DNA of 46,129 bases from an uncultured Victivallaceae bacterium (GCA_964599205.1 CAZRFG010000001.1:1-46129); one strand, 5' to 3'; positions 17,313 through 27,043 are shown, counted from the first letter of the stretch. The notes: generated from the letters alone by a model not told the origin. Numbers and translations: made by a program.

Positions 17313-18668
17313 ATGAATCAAATCAAATTCGGAACCGCCCGGCGCAACATCAATCCGCTTTCGCCGATGGGACTTGCCGGGTATTTCAATATCCGCATGT
17401 GGGAACGGATCGCCGATGACATCGAATTGCGGGTGCTGGCGCTTGAACAGAACGGGGTCAACGCTTTCATCATCCAATACGACCTGGTGACGACTTCGCA
17501 CGATTTGTATACCGCGGTCATGGCGGCGATCCGGGCGGCCGGTCTCGAACCGGTGCGGACGGACAATTTGATCATGACCGCCACCCATACCCATACCGCG
17601 CCCGAGGTGCGCATCAGCCGCGGCGCCGTCGACCCCGCCTACATCCCCGCCGTGGCGGCGAAAACCGTCGAGGCGCTCCGTGAAGCGATGGCCGGCATGG
17701 CCGAGGGAGAACTCGCCGGCGGCCTGGCCCGCGACGGCCGCTTTCTCTTCAACCGCCGTTACTGGATGAAAGACGGTTCGGTGATGACCAATCCCGGCAA
17801 ACTGAATCCCGACATCCGCACCTCGGAGGGCGATATCGATCCCGAAATCCCGCTGCTGGCGATCCGGCGGGACGGTCAAATCAAGGTTCTGCTGGCCAAT
17901 ATCGTCAATCATGCCGACACCATCGGCGGCAGCAACGTCTCGGGCGACTGGCCCGGATTCACCATCCGCGCGCTGCAATCCCGGCTGGGAGCGGACGCCA
18001 TGGTGCTGCCGCTGATCGGCTGCGCGGGAAACATCAATCACTTTGACGTCTCCACCGCTGCGCCGCAGACGCAATATGCCGAAGCCGAACGCATCGGCAA
18101 AGGGTATGCCGACACCATCTGGCAGGCGCTGCCGTCGCTGAAACCGTTTGACGCGCCGCTGCATACCGCCGGAAAAACGATCCGGGTCAGCCCCCGCCAT
18201 CCCACCGTTCAGGAAGTCGCCGAGGCACAGGCCGTCATGGACCGCTATCCCGAGCTCGAAGTCGTCGGCGTTTCGGGAAACGACCTCAACGCGGAAGACC
18301 TGGCCCGAAAAACGCCGTTCGCCCTCAAATATTTCGCTTATCATCTGCTCAATACGCGGAACAACCGGGAACCGCTCAATTATCACCTGACCGGCATCTT
18401 TTTCGGCGACGCAGTGGTGATTGCGTCGCTGCCCTGCGAGCCGTTTGTGGAAATCGGCTTGACCATGCGCAAAGATATTTTTCATGACCGCCTGGCATTC
18501 GTCGTCTCCCACGGCAACGGCACCGGCAGCAGCGAATGCGGCGGCGGCTATATCCCGAATCCGTGGAATTACGGCCGCGGCGGCTACGAAACCACCCCCC
18601 GCTCCAATCTGTCCGAGCCGATGTGCGCGTCGAAACTGCTCAAGGCATGGCGGGAACTGGCGGGATAA
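17313..18668 (+). CDS. Neutral/alkaline ceramidase N-terminal-domain-like hydrolase
   Basis: INPLSPMGLAGYF.., IMTATHTHTAPE, and no signal peptide. The family call is from memory of PF04734-like proteins. Confidence 0.5.
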   Translation: MNQIKFGTARRNINPLSPMGLAGYFNIRMWERIADDIELRVLALEQNGVNAFIIQYDLVTTSHDLYTAVMAAIRAAGLEPVRTDNLIMTATHTHTAPEVRISRGAVDPAYIPAVAAKTVEALREAMAGMAEGELAGGLARDGRFLFNRRYWMKDGSVMTNPGKLNPDIRTSEGDIDPEIPLLAIRRDGQIKVLLANIVNHADTIGGSNVSGDWPGFTIRALQSRLGADAMVLPLIGCAGNINHFDVSTAAPQTQYAEAERIGKGYADTIWQALPSLKPFDAPLHTAGKTIRVSPRHPTVQEVAEAQAVMDRYPELEVVGVSGNDLNAEDLARKTPFALKYFAYHLLNTRNNREPLNYHLTGIFFGDAVVIASLPCEPFVEIGLTMRKDIFHDRLAFVVSHGNGTGSSECGGGYIPNPWNYGRGGYETTPRSNLSEPMCASKLLKAWRELAG

Positions 18669-18718
18669 AAGGCTCCGGCATTCCGTCGGGCCCGGAAATC
18701 GGCGGCCGGATCATCTTT

Positions 18719-19585
18719 TCAGCCGTTCCACAATCTGGGGCGAATCAGCCGCTCCGGGAGGGGAGTGCGGCAGTTCTCGATCGCGGCCATCAGATCGTCG
18801 GGAAGCGGGCCGCGCGCGGCGATCGCGAGGTTTTCCTCGAGCTGGGTCAGAGTGTCGACGCCGAAGACCACTCTGGCGATGTCGCGCCGGCTCAGGACGT
18901 AACGGAAGTAGAACTCCTTGGCCTCCAGTCCGGCGGCCGACCGCAGGGCTTCAAACCGCGCTTTGTACGGCAAAATCGCGGCGAGGTGCGGCGGGACTTC
19001 GGCGGTCAGCAGCAGCCCCTGCAAATAGGCGCTGCGGGCGAAAAACCGCGTCGCAGGGTGCGCCGCGATCAAGTGGTCAAAGCGGCAGTCGAGCACGTTG
19101 AGCGGGAGTTGCACCAGTTCAAAGCCGGGCGCGATCGAGCTGACCGCGGCGGAGTCGATGGAGATGCCGGTGTGTTCGATCAGTCCGGCGGCTTTGCACG
19201 ATTCGAGCAAGTCCGCGCGGTTCATTTCCTCCTCGCGGTGGAACATCGCGCCGTACAAGGTCTGGCGGCGCAGACGGCGGAGCGAACGTTCGAGGCTCTC
19301 CCGGACGAACCGCCCGGGATCGGCTTCGGCGGGGTCGAGCGGCGTGATTTTGGTGACGATCCGGAAATCGCCGCCGCCCTCGATTTCGGCAAGCGCCCTC
19401 CCCAGCACTTCCTCGCTCTCGCCGTAAGAAGCGGCGGTGTCGAGCATGGTGACCCCGCGCTCGCGGGCGCAAGCGAGAATTTTCACGACTTCCGCAAACG
19501 GCACCTGGCCGCTGCGGTTGGCGATGCCGTAGTTCAAGCCGAACTGGACGGTGCCGAGCATCAATTTTGCAATCATAATGCTCAC
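18719..19585 (-). CDS. Aldo/keto reductase
   Basis: LGTVQFGLNYGIAN.., LDTAASYGESEEVLG. Confidence 0.8.
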   Translation of the reverse strand: MSIMIAKLMLGTVQFGLNYGIANRSGQVPFAEVVKILACARERGVTMLDTAASYGESEEVLGRALAEIEGGGDFRIVTKITPLDPAEADPGRFVRESLERSLRRLRRQTLYGAMFHREEEMNRADLLESCKAAGLIEHTGISIDSAAVSSIAPGFELVQLPLNVLDCRFDHLIAAHPATRFFARSAYLQGLLLTAEVPPHLAAILPYKARFEALRSAAGLEAKEFYFRYVLSRRDIARVVFGVDTLTQLEENLAIAARGPLPDDLMAAIENCRTPLPERLIRPRLWNG

Positions 19586-20376
19586 TTCGCGGTGTAGCCG
19601 CCGTCAACCGGGATGTTGGCGCCGGTGATGTAGCTTGAAGCGTCCGAGGCGAGCAGCACCACAATTCCCTTGAGGTCGTCCTGCCCCGCCATCCGTCCGA
19701 GCTGGGTGCGTTTGGAGTAGTTCGCGACGAAGCGCGCCGGCTGCGGCTGGGCCGGATTGAAGAGCCCGCCGGGATTGACGCAGTTGACCCGGACGTTGAA
19801 TTTGCCGAGGATGCTCGCCGCCCAGCGCGTGAAGTTGACCATGCCGCCCTTTTCGTAAAAGTAGATCGGCGAGGGATCGGGATTCATGTCGGTCCCCTCG
19901 TAGTTGTCCGTCTCGATGCCGATCAAGCCCATCATCGAACCGATGTTGATCACCGAGCCGGAGCGCTGTTTCTTCATCACTTTGCCGACGAGGTTGGTGA
20001 GGTAGAAGAGAGCGGAGGCGTTGACATGGAGGCTTTTGTCATAGGCTTCGAGTTCATGGTCCCAGCCGCCGAGGGCGCTCCGCTCGACCGCGTTGTTGAC
20101 CAGGATGTCGATTCTGCGATGGGCGCCGTAAACCGTTTCCACCGCGGCCCGGATCGAGGCGCTGTCGGCGAGATCGAGTGGGAGCGGCCGCACGTCGAGC
20201 CCGGCGGCCCGGAAAGTCGCCGCGGCGGCCTCGAGCTTATCCAGATTCCGGCTGGCGATGTAGACCGTCGCTCCGGCCTCGGCCAGCGCTTCGGCGATCT
20301 GCCGTCCGTAGAGTCCGGCCCCGCCGGTCAGCAGCGCGACCTTGCCCTGCAACGAAAGCATGTTCATCACGTTCAC
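19582..20376 (-). CDS. SDR-family oxidoreductase
   Basis: LQGKVALLTGGAGLYGRQIA (Rossmann TGxxxGxG), NNA motif, classic ~260-aa length. Confidence 0.85.
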   Translation of the reverse strand: MNVMNMLSLQGKVALLTGGAGLYGRQIAEALAEAGATVYIASRNLDKLEAAAATFRAAGLDVRPLPLDLADSASIRAAVETVYGAHRRIDILVNNAVERSALGGWDHELEAYDKSLHVNASALFYLTNLVGKVMKKQRSGSVINIGSMMGLIGIETDNYEGTDMNPDPSPIYFYEKGGMVNFTRWAASILGKFNVRVNCVNPGGLFNPAQPQPARFVANYSKRTQLGRMAGQDDLKGIVVLLASDASSYITGANIPVDGGYTAK

Positions 20377-21320
20377 AGCAGCACCTCCTCGCCGCCCCGG
20401 TTGCGGCTCTCGATCCCGGCGATCAGCATTTTCATCAACTCCCTGGTTTCTCCGAAGTCAAAAGGCGGCGTCCCGGTCCGGAGATACCCGACGAAACCGA
20501 GGAGTTGATCGCGGAACGCCTGATAGGTGTCGGTCGCCGCCACAATTTTCACGCCCGCGGTCCCCCCCAGCACCATCGGCGCGCCGTACTGAATGTCGCG
20601 GATACAGGCAATGGTCACCGTGCACCCGTCGCGATGGCGGTAGACGACGATGTCGCGATCGCTCCCGGCGCAGTTCCGCGCCGACACGAAACCGGGGCCG
20701 AGGATCGGATAGACCGCTTCCAGCGCGTGGATGCCGTAGGTCTCCCAGTACTTGGACATCTGCATGAAAATATGCCGGAGCTTACCGAGTTCGGAACTGT
20801 TGCGGTGGTAAATCCGGAATTCCTTGCTGTAGCGCATCGAGCTTGAGGAGAGGATCTTCGCCCCTCCGGCGATCCAGCGCTCGAACGTCGCCAGGTCGGC
20901 GGCGTTGTCGCAAAGCGGCTTGTCGATCAGCAGCGGCACCCCGGCCTCGACAAAGGGCCGGGCCCGTTCGACGTGCTCCGACCCGATATCGGTCGCGATG
21001 ATCACCGCGTCGACTTTGCCGATCATCGCGGCGGGGTCGTCGACCACTTCGCCGATGCGGCTGGCCGCGGCGATGGCTTCGGCGTCTTCGCGCGACGAAC
21101 TCGCATGGACCATGCTCACCTCGACCCCGGGAACGCCGGTGACGTCCTCCTTGCCGAGGTAGCCGATGATGCCCGGATACGGACAGAGCCGGGTCATCGC
21201 CTCGCGGTCGTAGCCGTTGAGGATCGCGCTCCATGAGTACGGGTGCCCGTTGCCCGGCGTCATGCCGATGATCCCGAGGCGGATGCGGTCCGGATTTTTG
21301 ACCAGGGGCTGCCGCTTCAT
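20373..21320 (-). CDS. Gfo/Idh/MocA-family oxidoreductase-like protein
   Basis: IRLGIIGMTPGNGHPYSW.., AVIIATD, and an alpha/beta C-terminal domain. Confidence 0.6.
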   Translation of the reverse strand: MKRQPLVKNPDRIRLGIIGMTPGNGHPYSWSAILNGYDREAMTRLCPYPGIIGYLGKEDVTGVPGVEVSMVHASSSREDAEAIAAASRIGEVVDDPAAMIGKVDAVIIATDIGSEHVERARPFVEAGVPLLIDKPLCDNAADLATFERWIAGGAKILSSSSMRYSKEFRIYHRNSSELGKLRHIFMQMSKYWETYGIHALEAVYPILGPGFVSARNCAGSDRDIVVYRHRDGCTVTIACIRDIQYGAPMVLGGTAGVKIVAATDTYQAFRDQLLGFVGYLRTGTPPFDFGETRELMKMLIAGIESRNRGGEEVLL

Positions 21321-22117
21321 TTTTCGCTCCTGATCTTCGCCATTTCGGCGGCGATGCGGCCGTAGTATTCGCTCAAGCCGACCACGTCGGCCCCCACCGA
21401 AATCAGGTGGTAGCCCATTGCGGCGTAGTCGCGGAAACGGGCGGTGGGGCCGGTGGTCCCGGCAAGTTTGCCGTGCCGCCCGGCGGCTGCGGCCACCAGG
21501 CGGCGGGCCTCAAGCAGCCGGGGATGCTGGAAGTCGTCCGGCGCACCGAGGCTGTGGGCGAAGTCGGCGGGACCGAAGAAAAGCATGTCGATCCCCGGCG
21601 TCGCGGCGATCGCATCAAGCTCGTCGAGCGCTTCGACATCCTCGATCTGGATGATCACCATCCGGTTTTCATTCACGAAGCGCCGGTACTCGGCGTAATC
21701 GGCCAAGGTAAAGCCGCCGTCGGCGTTGCCGCCGTCGATCGGCCGCCGCCCGAGCGGGTGGAACTTGGTCGTGCGGGCGATTTCGGCCGCCTCGGCGGCG
21801 GTTTTGACATGGGGGACCATGATCGCCTCGCAATTCATTTCGAGGAAGTTGATCATGTCGGAGTAGGAGCCGCGCTTGACCCGGACGATGACATCGCAGC
21901 CGGCCGCTTTGGCGGCGTTGAACTGGCGTTCGATTTCGCTGATGCCGTTGGGACAATGCTCCTGATCGAGCCAGATGAAGTCGAAACCGAAGAGTCCGGC
22001 CTGATTCACCCCGCGCGTTCCGTCCAAATTGATCTTGATCGCGGCGGCCGTTTCGCCCCGGCGCATCTTTTCCAACGCCGCACTTTTTTTCAACACCATT
22101 TGAGTCAGTCCTTTCAC
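21317..22117 (-). CDS. HpcH/HpaI-family (2-keto-3-deoxy-acid) aldolase
   Basis: FDFIWLDQEHCP, VIVRV, MVPHVKTAAEA, PLGRR, IQIEDVEAL, and FFGPADF are motifs of class II pyruvate aldolases. Confidence 0.8.
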   Translation of the reverse strand: MKGLTQMVLKKSAALEKMRRGETAAAIKINLDGTRGVNQAGLFGFDFIWLDQEHCPNGISEIERQFNAAKAAGCDVIVRVKRGSYSDMINFLEMNCEAIMVPHVKTAAEAAEIARTTKFHPLGRRPIDGGNADGGFTLADYAEYRRFVNENRMVIIQIEDVEALDELDAIAATPGIDMLFFGPADFAHSLGAPDDFQHPRLLEARRLVAAAAGRHGKLAGTTGPTARFRDYAAMGYHLISVGADVVGLSEYYGRIAAEMAKIRSEK

Positions 22118-22180
22118 GCTCCGGACGCGGACGGCCGTCTAAAGTTGCCGCCCAAAATCGTCCTGTTCGCTTTTTTGATT

Positions 22181-22191
22181 TGTATAATACA
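22181..22191. promoter_or_regulatory. Perfect 11-bp palindrome TGTATAATACA (candidate GntR-type operator)
   Basis: Arms are TGTAT/ATACA around one central base. It abuts the -10 of the minus-strand promoter, sharing 1 nt. An identical copy is at 42639-42649. Confidence 0.5.
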
Positions 22192-22219
22192 TTATATGAT
22201 GATTCCCGGCAAAAGTCAA
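22191..22219 (-). promoter_or_regulatory. sigma70-type promoter of the HpcH-aldolase operon
   Basis: On the minus strand, TTGACT (22219-22214), 17-nt spacer, TATAAT (22196-22191). It lies 74 nt upstream of the ATG at 22117. Confidence 0.6.
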
Positions 22220-22449
22220 TCCGGGAAGTATTTTTTTTGCTCTTTTTTTTGATCTCTCAAGCCGGCTTCGGTTGTTATCCGCAAGGGACATCGCCGGTGA
22301 CGGCCCCGCCGGAAATATTCTGTACTGATTGCGGAGATTGTACAGGGGTGATATTTTTTGTTTTTTTCCGGGCGTCACTTGGCAATCCGCCGAAAAGAGA
22401 GTACTTTAATAGGAAATTGATCAAAAACCATCAAACCTCAGACATATCG

Positions 22450-23520
22450 ATGACTTGTGAAGAAGTAAAAAACAAAATCCTCGACCTGATCGCCGAGCAG
22501 CAATTCGAGCCGGGGTCGAAAATGCCCGCTTTCCGCGCGCTGGCCCGGAAATTTGAAGCCAGCATCCCCACCGTGCAGCGCGCCATCTCGATGCTGGTCA
22601 GCGAAGGCATCCTGATCAGCAAAGTCGGCTCCGGCACCTACGTATCCGAACGCCGGAACAACAAAAGCCGCCTGATCGGCATCCTGCTGCCTTATACCGG
22701 AATGCTGGGCGACAACTTCCTCGCCGTGGCCCAGCACCGGATGCGCGAAGTTTTTCAGCAGAACGGCTACATCCCGGTCATCGTCTATCCCCAGGGCGGC
22801 ACCCGCGGCGAAGAACGCATGCGCGAAGAGCTCTTCCTGATCGAGCAGCTGATGAGCCAGGAGGTGGCCGGGCTGATTGTCGGCTCCGCCTCCGACGTCG
22901 ATTCTCCGTTCTGGCGCAAACTCCGCTTCTTCAACCTTCCCATCGTCTGCTTCAACAACATCGGCCGGGCGGCCGACCAGTTCGACTTCGTCGCCTCCGA
23001 CAACGAACAGGGCGGCGTGCTCGCCGCCGAACGGCTGATCGAAGCCGGTAAAGTCCCGGCAATCATCCTCGCCGACCAGCTCGAAAGCGATGCGGTTTCC
23101 CGGCGCGTCCGGGGCTTCTGCGCCACGTTCGCCGATGCGGGACTTCCCGCGCCGGAGGTGGTCAATCTGGACTCCTGCTTCGGCAGCCCGACCCTGATCG
23201 GCGACCGGCTCCTCGAGAAAATCAAGAAGCACAAGGGCGTCTTTGCGGTCAACGACACCTACGCGGTGAAAACGCTGACCGCGCTCCGCGACGACGGGGT
23301 CAAGGTGCCGGAGGAGATCGCGGTGATCGGCTTCGACGACGGCGACATTTGCGAACATGTCACCCCGCGGCTCGATTCGATCCGCCAGTCCGCCGGCCTG
23401 ATGGGCGAAAAAGCGGCCAGACTGCTGCTTGACCGCATCGCCGCCGGCGACGCGATCCTCGACACCATGCACATCAAGGTCAAAGTGTCGCTGACCAAAC
23501 GCGAATCGGTTGCTCCTTGA
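22450..23520 (+). CDS. Hybrid regulator: GntR-type HTH plus LacI/PBP-type sugar-binding domain (paralog R1)
   Basis: MPAFRALARKFEASIPTVQRAISMLVSEGILISKVGSGTYV, then IGILLP.., VAGLIV, AVNDTYA, and VIGFDD, which are periplasmic-binding-protein-like sensor motifs. Confidence 0.85.
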   Translation: MTCEEVKNKILDLIAEQQFEPGSKMPAFRALARKFEASIPTVQRAISMLVSEGILISKVGSGTYVSERRNNKSRLIGILLPYTGMLGDNFLAVAQHRMREVFQQNGYIPVIVYPQGGTRGEERMREELFLIEQLMSQEVAGLIVGSASDVDSPFWRKLRFFNLPIVCFNNIGRAADQFDFVASDNEQGGVLAAERLIEAGKVPAIILADQLESDAVSRRVRGFCATFADAGLPAPEVVNLDSCFGSPTLIGDRLLEKIKKHKGVFAVNDTYAVKTLTALRDDGVKVPEEIAVIGFDDGDICEHVTPRLDSIRQSAGLMGEKAARLLLDRIAAGDAILDTMHIKVKVSLTKRESVAP

Positions 23521-23532
23521 GCCTAACATAGT

Positions 23533-24741
23533 TCAGCTCTTGCCGCCGGTGTCGCCGCTCAGCAGTCCGAGCGACCGCCAGATCCCGTCCAGCTGAAGCA
23601 CCTCCCCCGCGATTCGCGCCTGATCGATGACCAGCGCGGTGACCGAGCCGGCCATGCCTTCGCGGCTGCTGCATTGCGCCGCTTTGCCGGTGCGGATGGT
23701 TTCGGCGAGCTCGGCCATGATCGCGTGGTCGGCGTCGGAATGAACTTTCTGGTATCCCTCAAGATGGGCGTCGTGGAATTCGCCGAAGTTGACCCGCTCC
23801 GGCTCGAGATCGTCGAGCGACTGACAGCGCAGGTCGGCGGCGTACTGGTCGAGCACCAGATTGCCGCGGGTGCAAGCAAGATACATCCGCCGCTCCGGCA
23901 TGGTGTTGCACATCGTCGCCTGGAATTGGGCACGGGCGCCGTTGAAGTATTCGATGATCGCGACCACATTGTCCTCGATGCTCTTGTCCGAAGTGAAGGG
24001 ATCGACCCCGGCGTCCCAGCATGATTCCAGCCGGTAGAGCGAGCGGAACGCCGCTTTGTCCTGCCGCTGCGCCGGCAGATCCAGCAATCCGCGGTTGGCC
24101 GGAACAAAGAAATCGTTGCCGCCGAAGGCCGCCACCCGGCGCGGCAGCGAGCCGGTGAACCAGTTGAGGATGTCGAGGTCGTGACTGCATTTTTCCAGCA
24201 GATGCGGTCCGGCGAGCGCCCGGTGCCGCCGCCACTGGCTCATGATATAAGCGCCGTGGCCGGGGTTGATGTTCTCGCTGGCGGCGATATTGACCACCCG
24301 CCCCAGCCGCCCGCTGTCGAGGATCTCCTTGGCCCGGCGGTACAGCAGCGCGTACCGCAGACAAAAGCCCATCGCCAGCTGCCGTCCGCTGCGAATGTGC
24401 GCCTCGGCGATCGCCAGGCAGTCCTCCACCGTGGTCGCCAGCGGCTTCTCCGAAAAAACGTGCTTGCCGGCGGCGAAAGCGGCGAGGATCTGTTCGGCAT
24501 GGCAGTGGTTGGGCGAGCCGATCATCACCCAGTCGATCAAGGGATCGTCGAGCATCGCCTGGTACGAATCATAGAGGATGGCGGCGGGATTGCCGGTCCT
24601 GGCCAGTTTCGACTTCATCCGCTCCCGGTCGGGGTCGAAGCCGCCCCGGATGACGATGCCGGGGTGGCCGGCAAGATAGATGGCCAGTCCGCCGGTCCGT
24701 CCGGCGCCGGCCACTCCGATCTGGAATACTTTCTGCGTCAT
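23533..24741 (-). CDS. Gfo/Idh/MocA-family oxidoreductase
   Basis: VFQIGVAGAGRTGG.., GSPNHCHAEQ, and GKHVFSEKPLA. ATG at 24741 with GGTGAGG RBS. A GTG at 24753 is an alternative start. Confidence 0.8.
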   Translation of the reverse strand: MTQKVFQIGVAGAGRTGGLAIYLAGHPGIVIRGGFDPDRERMKSKLARTGNPAAILYDSYQAMLDDPLIDWVMIGSPNHCHAEQILAAFAAGKHVFSEKPLATTVEDCLAIAEAHIRSGRQLAMGFCLRYALLYRRAKEILDSGRLGRVVNIAASENINPGHGAYIMSQWRRHRALAGPHLLEKCSHDLDILNWFTGSLPRRVAAFGGNDFFVPANRGLLDLPAQRQDKAAFRSLYRLESCWDAGVDPFTSDKSIEDNVVAIIEYFNGARAQFQATMCNTMPERRMYLACTRGNLVLDQYAADLRCQSLDDLEPERVNFGEFHDAHLEGYQKVHSDADHAIMAELAETIRTGKAAQCSSREGMAGSVTALVIDQARIAGEVLQLDGIWRSLGLLSGDTGGKS

Positions 24742-24749
24742 GATCAACC

Positions 24750-26066
24750 TCACCGCACCAGCCGTTGAAAGGTGGTGTGGGCGACCGGTCCGCGGAGCGA
24801 CGCTTCGACCCGGTTTTCGGCGACGATGGCGGCGAGTTCGGCAAAGACCGGGTCGGCGGCGGCGGCAAATTTCGCGAGCACGCCGTCGGTATGGGCGAGC
24901 GTGGGATAGATCGCACAGCCGGCGAGGAACCCGCGTTCGAGCATCAGCTGGGTGTAAAGCGTCCGGATCGCATTGGCATTGGGATACTCAAAGGCGAAAG
25001 TGCCGAGACAGCCGACTTCGCTGGTGATCCTGACCTTGAGCCGGTGTCTGGCCCCGAGCTCGGCCCAGAGGTTCATCATTTTGAAACCGAAGGCGTTGAC
25101 GTAACTTGCCGCGTCGGTTTTTACCATTTTGGCAATCGTCGCCAGCGCCGCCGCCGGTCCGACCCGCTCGGTCCAGTAGGTGCTGCTGATGAACGACCGG
25201 TTAACCCCCGCCATCGCTTCGGCAGTGCCGAAAACCGCCCCGATCGGGTGCCCGTTGCCGAGCGCCTTGGCCATCACCGCGATGTCCGGGGTGACTCCGA
25301 TTTTGAGGTGGGAACCCCCGAAGCAGTACCGCCAGCCGATGGTGATTTCGTCGAAAATGAGGAGAATCCCGTGTTTTTCGCACTCGGTGCGGATCAACTC
25401 GAGGAAGCCCGGCGGCGGGGCGTGGTGCCGCATCGGCTCCATCACCACCGCGGCGAGTTTGTTGCCGTGCGTTTTGATCAGCTCGAGAAACGCTTCGCGG
25501 TCGTCGTAGGCAAAGGTGCGGGTGGTGCCGCGCAGTTCCTGCGGCACCCCGTAGGCGTCGAGGCCGGGCAGCAGCATATTGCGCAGATTGTTGCTGTCGC
25601 CGAGATTGGCGGCGATGTACCAGTCGCTCCAGCCGTGGTAGCCGCAGACCGCGACGTCACTGCGGTCGGTGGTCGAGCGGGCGATCCGGACCGCCACCGC
25701 CATCGCCTCGCCGCCGCTGCGGGTGAAGCGGACCTGCGACGCCCAGGGGTGGATTTCGCAAAGCCGGTCGGCGAGTTCGACCTCCTCGTAGCAGTTGAGC
25801 GAGGACATGCTGCCGTCGCGGACCGCTTTGACCACCGCCTCGGTGACTTCGGGATCGGCGAAGCCGAGCATGCACGAGCCGATCCCGCAAGTGGTCATGT
25901 CGTAATAATGTCTGCCGTCAAGATCGGTGACTTCGCAGCCGTGCGCGGTGCGGTGATACGCCGGCCAGAGGTCGGGAGCCATCATTTCCGGGCGCTTGCT
26001 CAAAAGCTGGGTGCCGCCGGGAATCCGCTCTTTGGCGCGCCGGTAAAGGGTTTCGGTCCGGGTCAT
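24750..26066 (-). CDS. Class III PLP-dependent aminotransferase (glutamate-1-semialdehyde aminomutase-like)
   Basis: AKERIPGGTQLLSKRP.., LIFDEITIGWR, and DIAVMAKALGNGHP (PLP Lys context). Confidence 0.8.
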   Translation of the reverse strand: MTRTETLYRRAKERIPGGTQLLSKRPEMMAPDLWPAYHRTAHGCEVTDLDGRHYYDMTTCGIGSCMLGFADPEVTEAVVKAVRDGSMSSLNCYEEVELADRLCEIHPWASQVRFTRSGGEAMAVAVRIARSTTDRSDVAVCGYHGWSDWYIAANLGDSNNLRNMLLPGLDAYGVPQELRGTTRTFAYDDREAFLELIKTHGNKLAAVVMEPMRHHAPPPGFLELIRTECEKHGILLIFDEITIGWRYCFGGSHLKIGVTPDIAVMAKALGNGHPIGAVFGTAEAMAGVNRSFISSTYWTERVGPAAALATIAKMVKTDAASYVNAFGFKMMNLWAELGARHRLKVRITSEVGCLGTFAFEYPNANAIRTLYTQLMLERGFLAGCAIYPTLAHTDGVLAKFAAAADPVFAELAAIVAENRVEASLRGPVAHTTFQRLVR

Positions 26067-27043
26067 TTTGATTCTCCTCGCAAAAGGTGTTGGGCATTGT
26101 TATAAAACAAATTTTCGATCTCGCTCCGGGATAAATCGAGCAGCATCGCCGCCTGGCGGAGGCAGCGGAGCTGTTCGTACACCACCAGCGTGGCGCGGCA
26201 GTCACAGTGCGGCCGGCCGGGCACGCCGGGGAAATACTCCCAGCCACGCCCCCAGCTCACATATTTGCCGTGCGCCCCGCCGGCGACGATGTTGTCGGAG
26301 CCGAACATGATCCGGCTCCGGTCCTCGTGCCGCAACAGCAGCAGGTGGCTGAAGAGGTCGTTGACCGCCGAGTTGTCGTACGTTAAGTGGTCGAGGTGTT
26401 TCAAGCGGTGGATCGACTTCTCGAGCGTGAACGGATTGAAGCCGCGCGCCCCGTGGGCCAGCTGCCAGGTGACGCCGGGGTAGCGCGAGGTGAAATGCGC
26501 GAGGTCGGCGAGATTCACCTCGTCCGCCGCTCCGGCGAACCTGGCGAGGTGGAGCACCACCGTCAGACGGTAATGGTCGGCGACCTCGATCAGCGGTTCC
26601 GGCAGGAAATCGGTAATCCGGCAATTGGCCGGATCGGCGGCGAACAGCCGGTAAGGCTTGAGCGCCCGGAAACGGAACTTCCCGGCCTCGGCGGCCAGTT
26701 CGGCGGGATCGAGTTCGGGCGTCACCAGCACCCCGGCGACCGACCGCGGGTCCTTGGCCGCTTCGGCACAGAGCCAGGCGCGATCCGCGGCGAAATCGAT
26801 GTTCCGGATCGGCGTACCCAGCAGCAGATAATGAACTTCGCGGCCGGGAAAAACCTTCGCCGAAAAATCGTTCAGCACGCCCAGATCGGCTTCGAAACGC
26901 ATCTCCGACGACGCGGTCGCCGCAGTGGCGAAACGGTCGCACCACAAATGGGCATGGGCGTCGAAAATTTTTTCGGGGACGAACCCGGCCAGCTCGGCGT
27001 CCCATATTTCGCGGTCGAAATCAGTGACGGTGAATTCATTCAT
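26063..27043 (-). CDS. Amidohydrolase-2 (TIM-barrel metal-dependent hydrolase) family protein
   Basis: Start MNEFTVTDFD.. at 27043. IFDAHAHLW metal motif, VVLHLARF, and FGSD near the C-terminus. Confidence 0.65.
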   Translation of the reverse strand: MNEFTVTDFDREIWDAELAGFVPEKIFDAHAHLWCDRFATAATASSEMRFEADLGVLNDFSAKVFPGREVHYLLLGTPIRNIDFAADRAWLCAEAAKDPRSVAGVLVTPELDPAELAAEAGKFRFRALKPYRLFAADPANCRITDFLPEPLIEVADHYRLTVVLHLARFAGAADEVNLADLAHFTSRYPGVTWQLAHGARGFNPFTLEKSIHRLKHLDHLTYDNSAVNDLFSHLLLLRHEDRSRIMFGSDNIVAGGAHGKYVSWGRGWEYFPGVPGRPHCDCRATLVVYEQLRCLRQAAMLLDLSRSEIENLFYNNAQHLLRGESK

